A stretch of 32,073 bases of DNA from Candidatus Heimdallarchaeota archaeon (GTDB lineage: Archaea; Asgardarchaeota; Heimdallarchaeia; JABLTI01): assembly GCA_019056785.1 (NCBI GenBank), contig DXJV01000036.1:1-32073 (forward strand), written 5' to 3'. Below, piece after piece: positions 28,124 through 32,073 of the stretch (position 1 is its first letter; every line of letters starts with the position of its first letter). A program made the translations under genes and the position numbers. A model generated the notes under the pieces. That model was not told the DNA's origin. It was given only the letters and a program-made list of their open reading frames with translations, and ran no database searches.

Positions 28124-29097
28124 TGGAGTTTTAAGCCACAATTGTTACAGAATTTATCATCGGGGCTAACGACTTCTCCACAACCGGGGCAACGATCCGC
28201 ACTGGGAGCAGGTGCTACTTCTTGCGTTGTTGCTTCAATTGCAGGTGGGGGTGCATAGCGACTTCCTTTTTGAGCCTTGATCTTTTTGGTAATACAGTCC
28301 AATCGGACATGCTTTGTTTCTTTTCCTTTGTAAATCATCTCTGCCCAATACACAGGGAAGAAGAGAATTTTCTTGTCAGTAATAATTAACTTTTCAAATA
28401 GAACGCGTTGCACACTTTCGGGTTTTGTAGTATATTCTTTAATAACTTCTGCCAGTAATTTATCAATGTCATAATACTTTGAGGGGACCATCTTTGCTTC
28501 GGTGGTTAGGAATTGCTTTGTAATTGGTTTTAAATCAGCGGAAGGAAGAGATTCGGGGTTAACTTCTTGTCCTTTGTAATTTCGAGCTTCCATGATTTTC
28601 TTAACCACATGGACATGTTCTATTCCTTTTAATTGAATTTCAGGCTTACCTTTTTTGATAGCAGCTTCTCCTTTGGAAAACAAGCCATTGAAAAACCCTT
28701 TCTTTTTAGGCGTTTTAATTTCCACTTCCGTTTCTTCTTCTGAAGGTTTCTCCGGAACGATGAGTTCCTCACCTAAGATGAAAACAGAAATAGTGTCATC
28801 TAAAAGATCGATATCATAAGTCCGCTCGGTAAGATAACGAAGTTCGTATTCGCCACCGATTATCACATAAGGTTCAAAACTCTTCTTGATTTCTTTAACT
28901 ACAACTTCCTCAGGCTTGGGTCGTTTAAAGAACCCCTTGAAAATGGCGGCCTTCTCTTTCGTGAAAAGCTGTTCCGCATCTGTTTGAGAAATGGAAGATT
29001 CAGCTACAAAATATTTCGTTTCTGGAATTTCTTCAATGCGTTCTGCATTCGGTCCATCTAGACGATAATCATACTCATCAGTCATTTTTACATACAA
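28120..29097 (-). CDS. Hypothetical protein with C-terminal zinc ribbon
   Basis: CPGCGEVVSPDDKFCNNCG at the C-terminus after a Pro/Ala linker; likely start ATG 29085. Confidence 0.8.
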   Translation of the reverse strand: MYVKMTDEYDYRLDGPNAERIEEIPETKYFVAESSISQTDAEQLFTKEKAAIFKGFFKRPKPEEVVVKEIKKSFEPYVIIGGEYELRYLTERTYDIDLLDDTISVFILGEELIVPEKPSEEETEVEIKTPKKKGFFNGLFSKGEAAIKKGKPEIQLKGIEHVHVVKKIMEARNYKGQEVNPESLPSADLKPITKQFLTTEAKMVPSKYYDIDKLLAEVIKEYTTKPESVQRVLFEKLIITDKKILFFPVYWAEMIYKGKETKHVRLDCITKKIKAQKGSRYAPPPAIEATTQEVAPAPSADRCPGCGEVVSPDDKFCNNCGLKLH

Positions 29098-29175
29098 CCA
29101 GTAATTCTTTATGAACTAAAATATTACGAACTTATTGAAAAAGATAACTGATTCCAGCTTTAGAAAAGTGACTGA

Positions 29176-30093
29176 TTAAGATGTTGGCGGGTGTTTTTGT
29201 GTGGCAAGGAACGTTTGAACTTTTGTAAGAATATCATCTCGAATGTATGTGGGAAAGGGACCTGCTGTAGCAATTTTATAGGATGCTGCAGATGCAGCAA
29301 CAAGTCCTGAATAATAAGCATCCACTGTTGCAAGATATGTTAAAAGGAAAGCAACAATAAAGGTATCACCAGCACCCGTTTCATCAACAATCGTTGTTGG
29401 GAAGGCCGGAATATCGATCCTCTGGTTATGATGAAAAATTATTGCACCTTTATGAGCGCGGGTAATAATAAGAAAATCCAAGTTAAAAGCCAAAACAGTG
29501 GCAATAGCGTCAGCAAGCTTTGTTGAGGATGTAAGACATTTAATTTCATTATCATCAACTTTTAAAATGTCTATATACGGGAGGATTTCTTGCAAATCCA
29601 CCTGTGACTTTAAGACAATGTGACCTTTTTTCTTATCTACACTCCGAGTAAAACCTTGAGCATCCAGAGAAACCAATTTATAATGTTTCCGAACTTGAGA
29701 AATCAATTCAATGGGGATTTCGTTAAAAACAGGCCCGAGATGGACACATGAAATTGACAGGTAGGCAGTTGGAATTTCTGAAAAAGTTATTTTTTCTGAC
29801 GTTGCAAGAAGTCTTTGAACTCTCCGGCCTTTTGGGGTATAACGATTTTCAAAAACCATGGATGATTCGCCTGAAATTTTGAACCCCCGGAGATCAGGCC
29901 CTAAAGAATGCAAAGTCTTTAAATTATTTAGGTGAAAATCAGTACCAACTTTAGAGACAATTCCTATTGATTCTTCTAAAGCTTTTGCTATTGCTGCAGC
30001 ATAGACAGGAACACCGCCAATATAGCGACTCTCTTTTTTAGATGGTGAAATGATGATGTCTTCTGTGATACTGCCAATAACTACTAACTTCAT
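29176..30093 (-). CDS. PfkB-family carbohydrate kinase
   Basis: VVIGSITED, GGVPVYAA, SLDAQG, DETGAGDTF; start moved to ATG 30093 (MKLVVIG). Confidence 0.9.
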   Translation of the reverse strand: MKLVVIGSITEDIIISPSKKESRYIGGVPVYAAAIAKALEESIGIVSKVGTDFHLNNLKTLHSLGPDLRGFKISGESSMVFENRYTPKGRRVQRLLATSEKITFSEIPTAYLSISCVHLGPVFNEIPIELISQVRKHYKLVSLDAQGFTRSVDKKKGHIVLKSQVDLQEILPYIDILKVDDNEIKCLTSSTKLADAIATVLAFNLDFLIITRAHKGAIIFHHNQRIDIPAFPTTIVDETGAGDTFIVAFLLTYLATVDAYYSGLVAASAASYKIATAGPFPTYIRDDILTKVQTFLATQKHPPTS

Positions 30094-30212
30094 CCCAGAT
30101 ATGGAAAGATTTAACCATTCAAAAACTATTCGAAGAGAAAGAGAGGTTTCAAAACACAATGCTTTAGTAAGAAAAGGAGTCTATTGTTTATTTATTAAGA
30201 TAACAAAAAAAC

Positions 30213-31391
30213 GTGATGAATGTGTTCATTCCAAAACACATTTTAAAAGAAAAAGAGCCATTGCATCCTCTGCCACCAAAAATAGAAAATCTCGAAGCGG
30301 TTGCAGCACAAAATGAACTTAATGCTCTTTTAAAGAGAGAAGACATTAGTGCTAATGCTCTGCCTTCGGAAGAAAAGAAACCGATTGTTCTTCTTTTACA
30401 TGGCTATGGGTCATCAAAATGGCTCTACATTGAACCGTATTTTGGTACCTTTGGATGGTTGCGAGATTATCACTTTCGGCCAAAGCCCAAAAGTTTTGGG
30501 TGGCATTCAAAACCACCACCCAGTCACATGTATCTTCCCTTTGCCTATAGTATTTCACCAATATTAAAGGTTGAAGGACTATTCGTTAGACTCATGAGAA
30601 AGAGAATTGATGTTATAACCTATAGTCAAAAAGAACCTTTTGGGGACATTAACCTTTCAGCAAATGAATTAAAGGAAATCTTAGATGGGATAAAACGAGT
30701 TTATGGTGAAAGAAGGATACTTGTAGTGGGGCACTCGAGAGGGGGGATTTGTATTCGCAAGTATTTGGAACAGAATAAAAACGAACTCATTGAAAAGGCA
30801 ATTTTTTTAGGAACGCCACATAGGGGAACTAATCTTACCAATCTCTTCTTCCTTAAACAACCACTTATTAAGTTGCTAAATGAATCAAATTTGAAACGTT
30901 TTTGGGACATTACAGGAAGACGGAGAGTTACATCTTTAAAACCAGAACAACTCTCAACAAATAGTAAATTCTTATTAGATCTAAAAGATCGAGAACAAAC
31001 GCCAAATGTGAAGTATATTTTTATCGCAGGAAACTGTGCAACTTATGCACACATTTATTCTTGGAAGATTGAGCAAACAGTTACGAAAAGAACAATTAAA
31101 CACATCTTTTCTACAAAGGAAGGTGACGCAGTCAACATAAAAAACAATGAAGGGAAGAAAAAGGAGAAGGTTTATCACTGGCTTGCCAAGCCAAAAAAAA
31201 TCTTGACAATTTTCGAGGGGGTACTTCTGCCGGAGTTTGCTCAAGGAGATGGAATGGTCTCATTAAAAAGTGCCCTTTATGGCGAAGCGGATGAGAAAAT
31301 CATTTTTAATGTCAACCATGAAGAGTTAGCCGTGTGTGAGCCTTTAGAAAGAAAAATCTTGAAGGAACTAACAAACTTTAACCCTAAATAG
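30213..31391 (+). CDS. Alpha/beta hydrolase (PGAP1/lipase-like)
   Basis: LLHGYG, GHSRGG nucleophile elbow, GTPHRGT, GDGMV, C-terminal His. Confidence 0.88.
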   Translation: MMNVFIPKHILKEKEPLHPLPPKIENLEAVAAQNELNALLKREDISANALPSEEKKPIVLLLHGYGSSKWLYIEPYFGTFGWLRDYHFRPKPKSFGWHSKPPPSHMYLPFAYSISPILKVEGLFVRLMRKRIDVITYSQKEPFGDINLSANELKEILDGIKRVYGERRILVVGHSRGGICIRKYLEQNKNELIEKAIFLGTPHRGTNLTNLFFLKQPLIKLLNESNLKRFWDITGRRRVTSLKPEQLSTNSKFLLDLKDREQTPNVKYIFIAGNCATYAHIYSWKIEQTVTKRTIKHIFSTKEGDAVNIKNNEGKKKEKVYHWLAKPKKILTIFEGVLLPEFAQGDGMVSLKSALYGEADEKIIFNVNHEELAVCEPLERKILKELTNFNPK

Positions 31392-32073
31392 GGTCCAGTT
31401 TTCTCCCACAATTAGGGCAAACAGTATCAGTCGGATAAACAATATGCCCACATCGTTTGCAGCGACTAATCCTTTGACTTGGTTCTAAAGGTGTTGTTGT
31501 AACCGGCGCCAGTGGTTTCCCGCAGTTTGGGCAAACAGTTTGATGTGGGTAGACAATCGCATTACAACGCCCACAACGAGCTGTTCCGGGGGGAGAGCGT
31601 CCTGCGGGGGATGGTTTCCCTTTTGATTTTCTTGTTGGTGGTGCTAGAATCCGTCCACAATTACTGCAGCGGGTTTCATAATCATAAACAATTGCACCAC
31701 AACGAGCACATTTAGCAACATTAGCTTTAGAGACAGGAGCAGAGGGGGACTTTGTTTGTGGGGGCGGAGAAGGCACTTTTCTTGGGGGGGGAGCAACGGG
31801 CTTCCGAGGGGTAAAAGGAGGAGGGGGTTGATAGGGAGCAGAGGGGGTTGAGGAAGAAGCGGGGGAAGTTTGATATGGTTTCCCGCAACCAGGGCATTGT
31901 GTTTCATCAGGACGTAGGACAGTACCACATCGTTCACAAACTCTCTTTTGGGTTCGAGGAGCATAGGCTGGAGAATAGGGAGCATAAGATTGGTTGTTAT
32001 CTGGGGGGGGAGGAGGGGCGTCCCTTCTTGGTGGAGGGGGAGGGGGGTAACTTTCAACAATTCCAAAATCACC
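31384..32073 (-). CDS. Proline-rich protein with four zinc-ribbon repeats (5' end outside window)
   Basis: The frame of the 31384..31776 ORF stays open to the window edge: GDFGIVESYPPPPPPRRDAPPPPPDNNQSYAPYSPAYAPRTQKRVCERCGTVLRPDETQCPGCGKPY..., then three more CxxC-x10-CxxCG repeats. Confidence 0.88.
   Translation of the reverse strand, partial: GDFGIVESYPPPPPPRRDAPPPPPDNNQSYAPYSPAYAPRTQKRVCERCGTVLRPDETQCPGCGKPYQTSPASSSTPSAPYQPPPPFTPRKPVAPPPRKVPSPPPQTKSPSAPVSKANVAKCARCGAIVYDYETRCSNCGRILAPPTRKSKGKPSPAGRSPPGTARCGRCNAIVYPHQTVCPNCGKPLAPVTTTPLEPSQRISRCKRCGHIVYPTDTVCPNCGRKLDPI

Noticed and set aside
31644-32072. 142-aa Leu/Pro-rich ORF from the track
   Set aside because: Alternative frame of the real polyproline/zinc-ribbon gene.

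Overview
A gene-dense archaeal chromosomal window, most consistent with an Asgard archaeon (probably Heimdallarchaeia; inferred from Alba, Sec61beta, Nob1, a BHB-intron tRNA, a Roadblock protein, a stand-alone TPR protein and zinc-ribbon/polyproline proteins). It contains a nadK-nob1-hypothetical operon, tRNA-Pro(CGG) with a 30-nt intron, a TPR protein, a COG1665-type nucleotidyltransferase, a Roadblock protein and smc-scpA. These are followed by sec61beta, a MoxR/DUF58/DUF4129/DUF4139 membrane cluster and a DUF4430 + surface protein + ECF S-component cluster (possible corrinoid uptake). The remainder is an orphan OppD, ferredoxin, parvulin, hypE, a CBS protein, alba, several hydrolases, a PfkB kinase and a truncated polyproline/zinc-ribbon repeat protein. 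No mobile element or CRISPR array was seen. The strongest signals missed by the ORF track are (1) a 48-codon gene at 4..150 encoding a signal peptide plus a 17-25 aa mature peptide (Phr/pheromone-like architecture), (2) a ~150-nt structured RNA candidate at 5242..5393 (- strand) with a plausible TATA box and terminator, (3) a probable CTG start for smc, and (4) extension of the last ORF to the window edge with P6/P5 tracts and four zinc ribbons. All family assignments come from motif recognition by eye; no database searches were run.
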